Source of the DNA: Octopus bimaculoides | Taxonomy: Eukaryota | NCBI RefSeq assembly: GCF_001194135.2 | Contig: NC_068981.1 | Coordinates: 188,056,847-188,120,846, forward strand | Length of the DNA stretch: 64,000 nucleotides | Direction: 5' to 3' | Shown: in pieces, positions 38,141 to 48,824 of the stretch | Position numbering within the stretch: position 1 is the stretch's first letter | Layout: each line of letters opens with the position of its first letter | Notes under the pieces: model-generated | Seen by the model: only the letters and a program-made list of their open reading frames with translations | Databases searched by the model: none | Told to the model about the DNA's origin: nothing | Translations under genes and position numbers: made by a program

Positions 38141-38237
38141 GTTATCTGCTTTATTTGAAAACCAAGACGATTCGAGTGTATTATATTCTCACTAATGAGG
38201 GCGTTAATGGTGCAGTTGTCGACTGCAACTTAGTAGG
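38141..38237 (+). CDS. Candidate exon (97 nt; phase-1 frame YLLYLKTKTIRVYYILTNEGVNGAVVDCNLV)
   Basis: Acceptor tattccctcttag, donor agg|gtaatt, only one open frame; may be non-coding. Confidence 0.3.
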
Positions 38238-38554
38238 GTAATTAGTGAAACCTGTGCTGGCATGTTTCTACGCAAATGTTATATTAATGTTCTTCGGTAA
38301 TGAGAAAATGTTTTTGGTTTCATAAAATTGTTTTTTTTTTATATTCAGACTGTTAATTTTTCGTATGGAGACTCTTAGACGTATTATATGCGCAAATTTG
38401 ATGCTGGGCAGAGAAGCTTTGTTGTCGTTACTGGAGTTGGTGTATTTATGCAAAGTTTGTGTAAATCGTGCTGCATGACTGTGTTTTATAATACAGAAAA
38501 CATCTCGTAGAAGATTGTATATGTTTTTTATATTTCATTATTCTGTTACTTGTT

Positions 38555-38690
38555 TCAGTCATTTGAGTGCGACCATGCCGGAGCATCGCCTATAGTCGAA
38601 CAAATCGACCCCAGAGCTTATTTTTTGTAAGCCTAGTACTCATTTATCGGTCTCTTTTTTCCCGAACCGCTAAGTGGGGTACATCCAGCA
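38555..38690 (-). mobile_element. SINE type A, 3' half
   Basis: gtttcagtcatttgagtgcgaccatgccggagc..tttgtaagcctagtact..ccgaaccgctaag. Confidence 0.75.
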
Positions 38691-38821
38691 GTGCAACTCT
38701 TGTGAGATCACTATTCAGTTTGCAGTGTATGTATTCGTGTATTTCCACCCTGCAGTCGATCCTTTTGGTCTCTTGCGCAAAAGGATTTCCACGAATTTGT
38801 AGAATCATCTTTTCCTCTTCT

Positions 38822-39930
38822 TAACAACGATGGCTCCGTTAGCAGTACCATATAGAGAAAGCCTCCACGCTTGTCACCCGCTTTGTATCGAACTCCACAC
38901 CATTACCTAATCCCTTTCACTCCACCTACATCCGGGCCATTTGCTGACATATCTCCATTTGCTGACATATCTCCATTTGCTTCAAACAGACAAGGCCACC
39001 GGCCCTGAAAACTTACCAAACTATTCAATATCTCACTCCTTACGTGTATATACCCTAACATTTGGATGCATGTCTCAGTTTATCCTATTTTAAAGAAAGG
39101 CAAACACTCCAACCTGACAAAATATCCTAGGTACTGGAGATAGCTATCAACAATGATTCTCTCTCCCTCTCTCTCTCCAATGTGTCCACCAGTGCGGTTT
39201 CTGCAGAGCCAGACCAACTGGAGACCTACAGTCTTTCATTATCCACTATTCGGTCTTCTTCTTTAGAGAATTTCATCGAAATATGAACTTCCCACCTACA
39301 AGCTCCACCTGTCTTTCATGTCTTGGAAACTTCCTATCAGATCACACTACTGTGACCGTGTTGATGGGGACCTTTCTACTCCTCTCGCATTTAACCCTAA
39401 TGATCCCCAGGGTCATCGGGATTTGATACTCTCCCTCACTCCCTTGTATACATCGATGACCTTCATGTTTCTACATGTCACAATTCCCATTCTTATGAAG
39501 ATGACGCGTCTATTCATTCCTCCTTCACCATGCATCATTCACTCTCAACTTAAAGCACCACACGCCTACATGCATTGTTTCTATAAACGGAAAGCTTGAA
39601 AGTATCTTCTAGTGGGGCATGGCAACCTTGTTTCTTTTAACAGCAAGAAACTCCACAACTATTCATACTTGGAAGACACCATGGTACCACATTCCCGCTT
39701 AGCCTGAGCGGCACTCAGCTAGAGACTTCACAACTGATCCAAATGCTGGGAGTCACTTTTACCGAGGTTCCCTCCTTCTGAAAGCAAATCCTAAGCTTAG
39801 GCGGGACCTCATCTTAAAAGCTAGCTCTACTCTTTAGGCCAGAAAATATTTCAATTTCGGACCGTTGCTGACACCCTACAAGTTTCATGTAGGGCCAACC
39901 TGTATAGCGGTACTGTTACGCGCTATGCTT
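38822..39930 (+). mobile_element. CR1-like LINE RT fragment, heavily deleted
   Basis: KATGPENLP (KAPGPDG-like), PILKKG..SN, LVYIDDL..HSYEDDA (YADD box decayed). Confidence 0.7.
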
Positions 39931-40794
39931 CTTTAATACTGGAAACTCGATCTATTGAAATATTCACGTGGAAACGTATAAAGAGAGATAGGATTTAAGA
40001 CGGAGAAAATACCTGATTCAGAAGCCTTCTTAACGATTACATAAATCGAATTATCAGAATGTTGTTATTTCTTTTAAACAATAATTCATGCATGAATGAT
40101 AACAATTATGCCATTTTTGGTCATCTGTACTGGATATTTAACTTTAATTTCCTTGTTAAAATATTAAAAAAACAAAAAACACTGGCGTTTTAGCGTCGTC
40201 ATATACTTTATTAAAATAGTGCATTTCACATCACACCTTATCGTAGGAAAGCAAAGCAAACAATCAACTTCGAACCTCTATCTGTTCCGCATCCATGCGA
40301 ATTTTTTAAAGCCGATTTTTAATGTTAATATTTCGTTGCGTCACGATCGGATTGTTGTTGTTTGAATTCTACATTGTTTTTGTGGAGATATAAGATTGCT
40401 GTAGTGTCCAATTGTCTGGCAGTAATCTTCATCATATTAAGTCATATACTGAAAGGAAGTTCTACTCCGGCAATTACCTATTCCTTTGCTTGCTTTTGTG
40501 TTGTACAAGGATGTATTTCAATAAGATTCTATGATTACCCGTTCGATTTGTTTTCATTTCCAACAGCAATACATTTCTTACTGAATATATATTTGTACGC
40601 ACTCAAATTACCATCTTGTAAATTGAATTTTGTTAATGATTGGATTTTAAGATTCCTATTGAAAGTACTCAGCTATATTGCTTGTACAGGAATGAAATTG
40701 TTTTCGACTTACTATCTAATGAGATGTAACATTTGACTATGCAGTAAAAAAAAAAAAAAAAAAGAATTAGTTTATTTCTAATGTTCTACTGCAG

Positions 40795-40825
40795 ACGTGT
40801 TTATCCTGTCCAATGGTACGGATTG
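40795..40825 (+). CDS. Candidate small exon (31 nt)
   Basis: Acceptor tttctaatgttctactgcag and donor ttg|gtaagc; ATG at 40813 gives MVRI plus a phase-1 end. Coding status unknown. Confidence 0.3.
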
Positions 40826-41005
40826 GTAAGCACATTATCATTTTAGTCAAATGACAAGACACTAATGGAAGGCAAGATGAAAGCAGACTTTGCTTTTGAA
40901 AAAGAATCCCTAATCAAATTTAGAATATCAGTCAGCAGAAATATCTAAAATAAAATTTAACAAAGATTTATTGAAGTATTGTATGCATTAATATTCTTTA
41001 CCATT

Positions 41006-41215
41006 AAGGCAGCAAGCTGCTAGAAACATTAGCACGCCAGGCGAAATACTTAGCAGTATTTCGACTAACTATGTTCTGAGTTCAAATTACGCCAATGTCG
41101 ACTTTGCCTTTCATCCTTTTGGGGTCGATAAATTAAGTACCAGTTGCGTTCTGAGGTCGATTTAATTCACTGCCCCGCCCCCAAAATTTCGAGCCTTGTG
41201 CCTAGAGTCGAAAAG
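41006..41215 (+). mobile_element. SINE type B with 14-bp TSD
   Basis: aatattctttacca (40990-41003) vs aatattttttacca (41216-41229). Confidence 0.9.
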
Positions 41216-42277
41216 AATATTTTTTACCAATATTGACATTGTCATTGATGCTAATGTGTCTGTCTATTGCTTTTATACTGTTGCAACGTAATAATAGTTA
41301 AGTCAATAAGATAATGAAGTTTGAAAGCTAGGAGACATCGTATTTTCTGGTGATGTTATTTGCGAGACATTTGATTACTTGAATGCACAATAAATTAATT
41401 GTGAGATAGTAAATCATTGCATTCTATGTGTATACAGATAGACACATTAAACATTTGCTTCCGTTATTCAGTTAGATAAGAAAATCTCAGCACTTTCTTA
41501 ATTTACACACGCATACACACACGAATTAGCGACGTTACACTGTAAGATAAAATTCCTTGCGCTATTTGTTTCAGTTCTCTAAGTTAAAACTCCTCTGAAG
41601 TGAATTTTACCTTTCCATCCGTTCAGAGTTGAATATGTACCAGAATAAGTGAATGAATGGCTAGAATTGCAAGAGTGTTAGAAGGATCTGTGAGGCTCTT
41701 TATATGCTGAGTTCAAATTTTCCACGTTGCTAGAGTCGTCTCATCAATAAGGTTTTCACAAAGTTCTGTCATCGACTCCAGTCAAAAAGACTACCTATGA
41801 AACCTCCCAAGTCACCAATCTAACTCTGTATGGATTTATGAATGGCATATGTATCCAGATAGTCCAACAGCATATACATAAAAAGTTGCAACACGAAATT
41901 TCGTTATATTAATACGAATTCTCACCAGAGTCCTCTTTTTTGGTTGGTAATGTAACTCAGTATTTATATGTCGGGTAGCGTGACAGGCACTTTATAAGCA
42001 GGTACATACATACATACAAATAATAATTGAACAATGGACAGGAATATCAGAAGAGGGACCTGTCTCAAGTTTCAGTTTGTAGCGTCTGTTTCTCCGATCT
42101 CTGCTGAAGAAGACATACCCACTCCGAAATGCATGCATCCAAACAGCTTATACTGGGAGCAAAACTCGGAGGGACTGCATAATCTTTGTTATAAATAATA
42201 TATCTGTCCATTCTATCCAACGTATTGATATTGTTTGCCTTAGGCAACATGTACTTTGATATTTTTTATAACTCTTA

Positions 42278-42491
42278 AGGCGGTGAGCTAATACAGTCGT
42301 TAGCACGTCGTGAAGAATGCTCAGCAGTGCTTCGTCCGTCGCAGCGTTCTGAGTTCAAATTCCACCGAGTTCGACCATAATCCTTTCGGGATCGATGAAA
42401 TGAGTACCAGTCAGTCACTGGGGTCGATGTAAGTGATTTACCCCCTGCCCCGAAATTGCTGACCTTGTGCCGAAATTTGAAACCAAAATTC
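42278..42491 (+). mobile_element. SINE type B with 13-bp TSD
   Basis: tttataactctta at 42265-42277 and 42492-42504. Confidence 0.9.
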
Positions 42492-42526
42492 TTTATAACT
42501 CTTACATTACACTATAAACACATGTG

Positions 42527-42606
<80 letters not shown>
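42527..42606. repeat. (CA)n microsatellite
   Basis: Directly visible. Confidence 0.95.
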
Positions 42607-43191
42607 CATTGTTTGCGGCTTAGAATGCACCTCAAGTATGGTTGAAATAGTGAAAGGTTTGTATTTATACACATCACTGCTTAGAGCTTTCATTCCATAT
42701 TCTATACACACATACACACACACACACACTGCTATTTCCAGTAAATTTTGGTGCATTGATTTACCACCATTCTATATTTATATTTATACTTTAACCGTAC
42801 GGTGCTTTATTTTACTGGAAAACAATACTCTTGTATTTCACTATTATAAATTTTCTCTTTATATATATATATATGTATGTATATGTATGTGTATATTATG
42901 TATGTATATATGTGTGTTTATATATGTATGTGTATATATATGTGTGTATATATATATTNNNNNNNNNNNNNNNNNNNNNNNNNNNNNNNNNNNNNNNNNN
43001 NNNNNNNTATATATATATATGTATGTATATATATATATGTATGTATGTATATAATATGTATATATATATATATGTATGTATGTATGTATATAATATATAT
43101 ATAATTATTAAGAGAGTAGAAATTGATATTAATCAATTAAAACCAGTGGTCTAGCATATTAAAAAAATCCGAAGATTAAAATTATATTACA

Positions 43192-43321
43192 TACAAAAAT
43201 AAGAGGAGTGAGTGGACTCCTATATGCTTGAAATAGATGCCGAATCATCTAACCACGTGGTTAGATGATTAGGCATCTATTTCTAGCATATAGGAGCCCA
43301 CTCACTCCTCTTATTTTTGTA
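43192..43321. repeat. Spacerless 130-bp palindrome (65-bp arms, 3 mismatches)
   Basis: tacaaaaataagaggag..aaccac|gtggtt..ctcctcttatttttgta. Confidence 0.95.
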
Positions 43322-44536
43322 ATATATATATATATATATATATAATAGATATATATATATATATGTATGTATGTATCACTAAAAACGCTTGTAACATTCA
43401 AATAATTCATAGCGGGACTCTCCAGCCTTTTGTTCTGAAATACAAATAATTCTTATGAGTGTATTTTGGGGAGGAAATGCAGAATTTAGCATCACTGTAA
43501 AAAGCAAACGCTGATTAAAACAAAACATTTTCTATCTTCGTGGATCTTCGATGCGCTTCTCAATAGAAAATGCTTAATGTTTTTGTTGGCTAATAAGTCT
43601 ATTGCGTCAAAGACGTAACAGTTTCCCAACTATGTCAATCGTTTCAAATTATTTTGCTCTTCAAATAGGTTCTTGTCGTCTCCCAGATTCCTGATAAATC
43701 TTTCTATGCTCATGTGTATTCCGCACAGAAAACAAATTGCATGCATATAAACGCAAAAGCCCGTCAATTCTGAAACGCATGTCACTCGGATGGTGTTCAA
43801 ATTAGACATGACAGCAAGAAAAAGAATAATCAAAAGCAGTTATTATAATGGAAAAACATGCAAATTTGTGAAAATACAAGCAGCAAAGAATAATATAAAT
43901 TAAGTGATTAGAAGCATATATATTGCAAGACGTCAATTTTTGTTATTATAACAGACATTAGCAATGTAAATTATAGAATATAGTTTCCTCCTGGCATCGA
44001 AATGGTGTTATGAGCTAAGTTCACCTGCAAAATAATGACTAAAATAATTACTGCATAAACGCAATGTCTTAGCTATTATATGAGCTTGAAGAAACGAGAT
44101 TGTCAACTCATTTTCTTATAAACTTTCATTTAATCAAATTACTACTTTGAATACAGGCAAAAAACGCAGAATTATTGGTATACTCATTGTTAAATCAACA
44201 TCTCCGGAGTATATAATTCACACTGTACTGTATTTAAAGCAGCGGCAGTAACATTGGTTTTTCTGACTTATGCTTTCCAGCACTGTAAAACCCCGAATAT
44301 TGCTGTCAGCATAAATCCGTATCATGCTCCATTGGCGGGTGAACATGAAACCCCATTTTGTTTTAGATTGAAACTTTTAAATGAACTTTCTTTACTATTG
44401 AGAGACAGACAGACAAATAGAAAGATAGCGAGAGAGAGCATCCACTGGAGTCATACGACCAGCTTGAGACAGTAGTTAGAATTCCCTCAAATCATCCTAT
44501 TTAATAAGTAAAGTACACTTTAGATAATATAGTCCG

Positions 44537-44702
44537 ACAGGCGCATGTGTGGCTGAGTGATAAGAAGTTTGCTTCTCAACCTCATGGTCCCGGGTTCAGT
44601 CCCACTGCGTGGTACCCTGGGTAAGTGTCTTCTTCTATAGCCTCGAGCCAACCAAAGCTTTGTGAGTGAGTTGGGTCGCCGGAAACTGAAAGTAGCCTGT
44701 GG
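44537..44702 (+). mobile_element. SINE type A, 5' half
   Basis: ggcgcatgtgtggctgagtgataag..gggttcagtccc..ggaaactgaaag. Confidence 0.8.
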
Positions 44703-45125
44703 CATATATATATATATGTATATAAAATGTATTAAAAAAAGGCTCTAGTATAATAATTATTCTTCTTTACTGTAGGCACAAGGCCCGAAATTTTGGGGGN
44801 NNNNNNNNNNNNNNNNNNNNNNNNNNNNNNNNNNNNNNNNNNNNNNNNNNNNNNNNNNNNNNNNNNNNNNNNNNNNNNNNNNNNNNNNNNNNNNNNNNNN
44901 NNNNNNNNNNNNNNNNNNNNNNNNNNNNNNNNNNNNNNNNNNNNNNNNNNNNNNNNNNNNNNNNNNNNNNNNNNNNNNNNNNNNNNNNNNNNNNNNNNNN
45001 NNNNNNNNNNNNNNNNNNNNNNNNNNNNNNNNNNNNNNNNNNNNNNNNNNNNNNNNNNNNNNNNNNNNNNNNNNNNNNNNNNNNNNNNNNNNNNNNNNNN
45101 NNNNCATGTTATAATTGCATACTTT

Positions 45126-45211
45126 ATTCCTACATATGTTTCAAAGGATTACAACCTGTGTGATCCATAGAGATCTGTGATATTAAAATTGTAACCTTCT
45201 CTTCAGGGAAT
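45126..45211 (-). ncRNA. Type I hammerhead ribozyme motif (minus-strand mirror copy)
   Basis: Exact reverse complement of 45366-45451. Confidence 0.75.
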
Positions 45212-45365
45212 GCATGGGAATAATCTTAAACGTAAGACATTATGACCGAGTATGAAAACAATAGATGGATAAGGTTATGATGTGATTCAAATCACGTCAT
45301 AACCTTATCCATCTATTGTTTTCATACTCGGTCATAATGTCTTACGTTTAAGATTATTCCCATGC

Positions 45366-45451
45366 ATTCCCTGAAGAGAAGGTTACAATTTTAATATCAC
45401 AGATCTCTATGGATCACACAGGTTGTAATCCTTTGAAACATATGTAGGAAT
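45366..45451 (+). ncRNA. Type I hammerhead ribozyme motif with intact catalytic core
   Basis: Stem I attcc/ggaat; CUGAAGA 45371-77; 11-bp stem II gaaggttacaa/ttgtaa(t)ccttt; GAA 45435-37; stem III AC-atat-GU; GUA cleavage triplet, cut after 45446. Confidence 0.8.
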
Positions 45452-45548
45452 AAAGTATGCAATTATAACATGCGTTTTCTCCATTCCTTAAATTTTTATA
45501 TATATATATGTATATAAAATGTATTAAAAAAAGGCTCTAGTATAATAA

Positions 45549-45768
45549 TTATTCTTCTTTACTGTAGGCACAAGGCCCGAAATTTTGGGGGAGCGGGCCA
45601 GTCGATTGGATCGACCCCAGTACGCAACTGGTACTTAATTTATCGATCCCAAAAGGATGAAAGGCAAAGTCTACCTCGTCGGAATTTGAACTCAGAACGT
45701 AAAGACAGACGAAATATCGCTATGCATTTTGCCCGACATGCTAACGTTTCTGCCAGCTCACCGCCTTG
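45549..45768 (-). mobile_element. SINE type B with 12-bp TSD
   Basis: ctagtataataa at 45537-45548 and 45769-45780. Confidence 0.9.
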
Positions 45769-46224
45769 CTAGTATAATAAATATTATTAACTAAATGTAC
45801 TTAATGTATGTGCTCTGTGTATTTTCCATGGATGCGATAGCGTGGCGGAATATATATAATCTCAAAACGATGGGTGTTAAAATCACCACAGCGTAATGGA
45901 CAGGCGAGATAACTCACCTTCAATCCCGTCTTGGAGTGATGGACACCGTGTGGTTCACCATTTTTGTGGCTTGTCAACATCACATACTTGCCAGGGCTGA
46001 AAGCAAGTTATGTAACCAGTCCACGTCTTATATGCTCAGGTCTTGTAAAATCATGAGCTGATAAGCCCGGAAATTACATACTTAAAAGAAAATTTACATA
46101 CGAAATAAAAGCGGTTCTAGTATATTATTAGTTACATATACTTCATATATATGCCTTGCATACATTAAGTATATGTAGTTAATAATAGTTATCATACTAG
46201 AACTGCTTTTATTTCATGTGTGTG

Positions 46225-46400
46225 TGTGTCTTTGTCCCTCACCACTGCTTGGCTACCGGTGTTGGTGTGTTTACGTCTCTGTAAACTTTGGCTGTTTGGC
46301 CAAAGAGACCGATTGATTCATTCGACAAAAATTCTTCAAGGCGAAGCTGTAGCATGGCCACAGTCTAATGACTGAAACAAGTAAAAAAAAAAAGATAAAA
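46225..46400 (+). mobile_element. SINE type A, 3' half
   Basis: gtccctcaccactgcttgg..gttggtgtgtttacg..gcatggccacagtctaatgactgaaacaag. Confidence 0.75.
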
Positions 46401-47613
46401 GAAGATAGCTCTAAAAAACAAATGGCGTGATCACAGCTAGGAATGCCTTTGACGTGTTAAGTACGATCGTACACAGTTGACCTGAAGTTAGAAATTACTA
46501 AAAACAACTAAGAAAGACATCTCACTCCTTGTGTTATATATGCCTGGAACGAAATCGATATTTCAGGAACAAGAAAAAAAAACATTTCTGGAAGCTATAT
46601 TTTGTGACGTTATATCTATTGCAGATAATTCCATTCCTCCAAAGAATACCAATTTTATTCACCTCATAACTAAATATTCATTACAGAGAATATTGAAACT
46701 CAGTTCTTCATTGTTGGTCAATAACAGTTTTATTTTGTATTTGTTAATTAGACATTTATAATTGCTAAACTAATTAAGTTCAAAATCCCTTACTATATCA
46801 TAAACTATGCTGCTAGCACACTGATAAATTCAGTTGTATCCTAATGATACATTTTTTTTTTTGTTAGAAAATCTTTTGTTTTGTTTAAAATTTTGTTAGC
46901 AAACTAATGACTGGATAGTGAATCATACCCAATAAATTGTATAATTCTTATTCACTTGGGAAATGCAGTTTGTCATTCAACACAGACGTATTTCTCTCAG
47001 GTTTAAATCATATATTTGCTGTCTAATGAAATAATTAATAAAGCTTTCAGATATATTTTTATTTATTTATTTGTCTAATGTTGATTATCACTGTAATTTT
47101 GATGATAGGTTTACTTAATCTGGTTTCGCAATCTGGTGCTAAACCGGAACAATTTTAAATAAATGAAGCTCGTCAGCTTTTCTTCTATATTTTGTTTTTT
47201 CATTCGGTGTTTGAAACATCTTTGTTAATTCATAGAATACCATCGTATCTAGTTGTCTCAACATTTAACTAACCACCGACATTTGTAAAAGCAGCTGTTT
47301 ACTATCTTCGTCTTATTCAAATTTACTCTGGCTGATACACATTTTCACGGGAGTCAAATTAAAGCAGGGCGCATGTTCAATATTTATAATTTGAACTTTT
47401 TCGGAAGCTTACACACTTCAGCCACCACTGGATATGTTTCCAACGCAACTTTTCCTACTCCAAGAACACTGGCATGCAATATTCTTTAAAGCACAAATTA
47501 TGTTCATTTTGAATTCTAGAACTGTATTAATATTGTGATGATTTATCTTATTTTAGTTGTCCTTTTGTGTCGTCTGTTATTTCTTACAGTAATGTTTTTT
47601 TCTTTGGTTACAG

Positions 47614-47665
47614 GGAACGTAAGTGGGAAGATGAAAACTTCCAAATACAATGCAGTTGACAGCTG
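47614..47665 (+). other. Candidate 52-nt exon (probably UTR) with two consensus donors
   Basis: Acceptor tttttttctttggttacag; gtaagt at 47619 and gtaagt at 47666. Confidence 0.4.
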
Positions 47666-47828
47666 GTAAGTTATTTCGGCAACGTTCAGTTTATCAAATT
47701 TAAAAGAATTTAAACCATAAACTCCTACAATCTATACATTTGGTGCATAAAAAAAAGTTGAAAAAAAAAAAAAGGTCAGTTGCCGAGTGGAACGAAAGGA
47801 GATATAAAAGAAAGTCCCCACCCTAAAT

Positions 47829-48108
47829 ATGGGTTCATGTGCAAGCAAAGCACCGACTGACAAAGTCATTTTACCGAAGCCTAATTCGTGTCAGTGTCAT
47901 CTAATGGAAAGCCCCGATAAAGAAACGGACTCCATGATAAGTATTCAGCAAGACAAGACTTGTCTAAATTGCTATCGTATGCATCGACTTGATTTCAAAT
48001 GTGGATCTTACAGGCGTATCAAATCAAGTGATACATCATCAGTCTCTCAAGGAACACAAACGGATATACCGCCACCAAATCGAAAGAGCCGCCATCGAAA
48101 AATTGAAG
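47829..48108 (+). CDS. First coding exon of a predicted N-myristoylated protein (MGSCASK..., 93 codons + 1 nt)
   Basis: aaatATGG context, MGxCxSK motif, 280-nt open frame ending at gaag|gtaagt (phase 1); joins in frame to 53207-53250. Confidence 0.65.
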
Positions 48109-48402
48109 GTAAGTTACTATTTTACTAACAACCAGCATAAATTTATTAGTCTAAGCAATGGACCTGCAAATAATTATATATTATTTGAGTAAAAGTACTT
48201 TATCACATCCAGAAAGACTATCTTTCACAATATCCCTTTAACAACAGGCAGGAAACGATTTTAACTTCATAAAGGTTTATAGATTTACATTTAACATGTT
48301 CGTATACACTCAAACGTTGAAGGACCCTCTTTCAGTAACTGTCTCAGAAGAGATATTCACTTTATAGACAATGTGTGAAAACACTCTATACTTGTTTGTA
48401 AA

Positions 48403-48824
48403 TGACGTCATCAGATAGTGGAGCACATATTCTGTGTCGTTGCGCTTTATTAGCTACAGATACCGAATACGTCGTTCGTGGCCAACTATGAACTGCCGTT
48501 CTTGTATATAAAAACAATAAATAAAAAATTGCTGGTGTGTATAAGGCTTTATCAAGCTGATGTTAATTAACTAAAGACACACTACACAGCGATGATGAAA
48601 TTAAAGCTGCGTGTACTTATATTTAATACACTCTAGTACATTTTGACGTGGGAAGGTCGTTGGGGAAGAGAAATTCTCCTTATAAACAATGTGCGTGACG
48701 CCGAAATGAAATATGAATGACGTCATGAGACCGTTGGGCACATGTTTCTGCGTTGTTATGCTTCGTCAGCTACAGACACCATCAACGCAGAAACACGTGT
48801 CATGCGGTTCATTGACGTCATTCA
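48403..48824. promoter_or_regulatory. Cluster of three full CRE palindromes (TGACGTCA) in a duplicated/inverted module
   Basis: TGACGTCA at 48403, 48718 and 48813, plus TGACG half-sites between them. Confidence 0.5.

Larger units (their letters stand above)
45105..45472. repeat. 368-bp palindrome (184-bp arms, 2 mismatches near the centre)
   Basis: Arms are reverse complements except 45281/45296 and the central 45288/45289; left end is cut by an N-gap. Confidence 0.95.
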
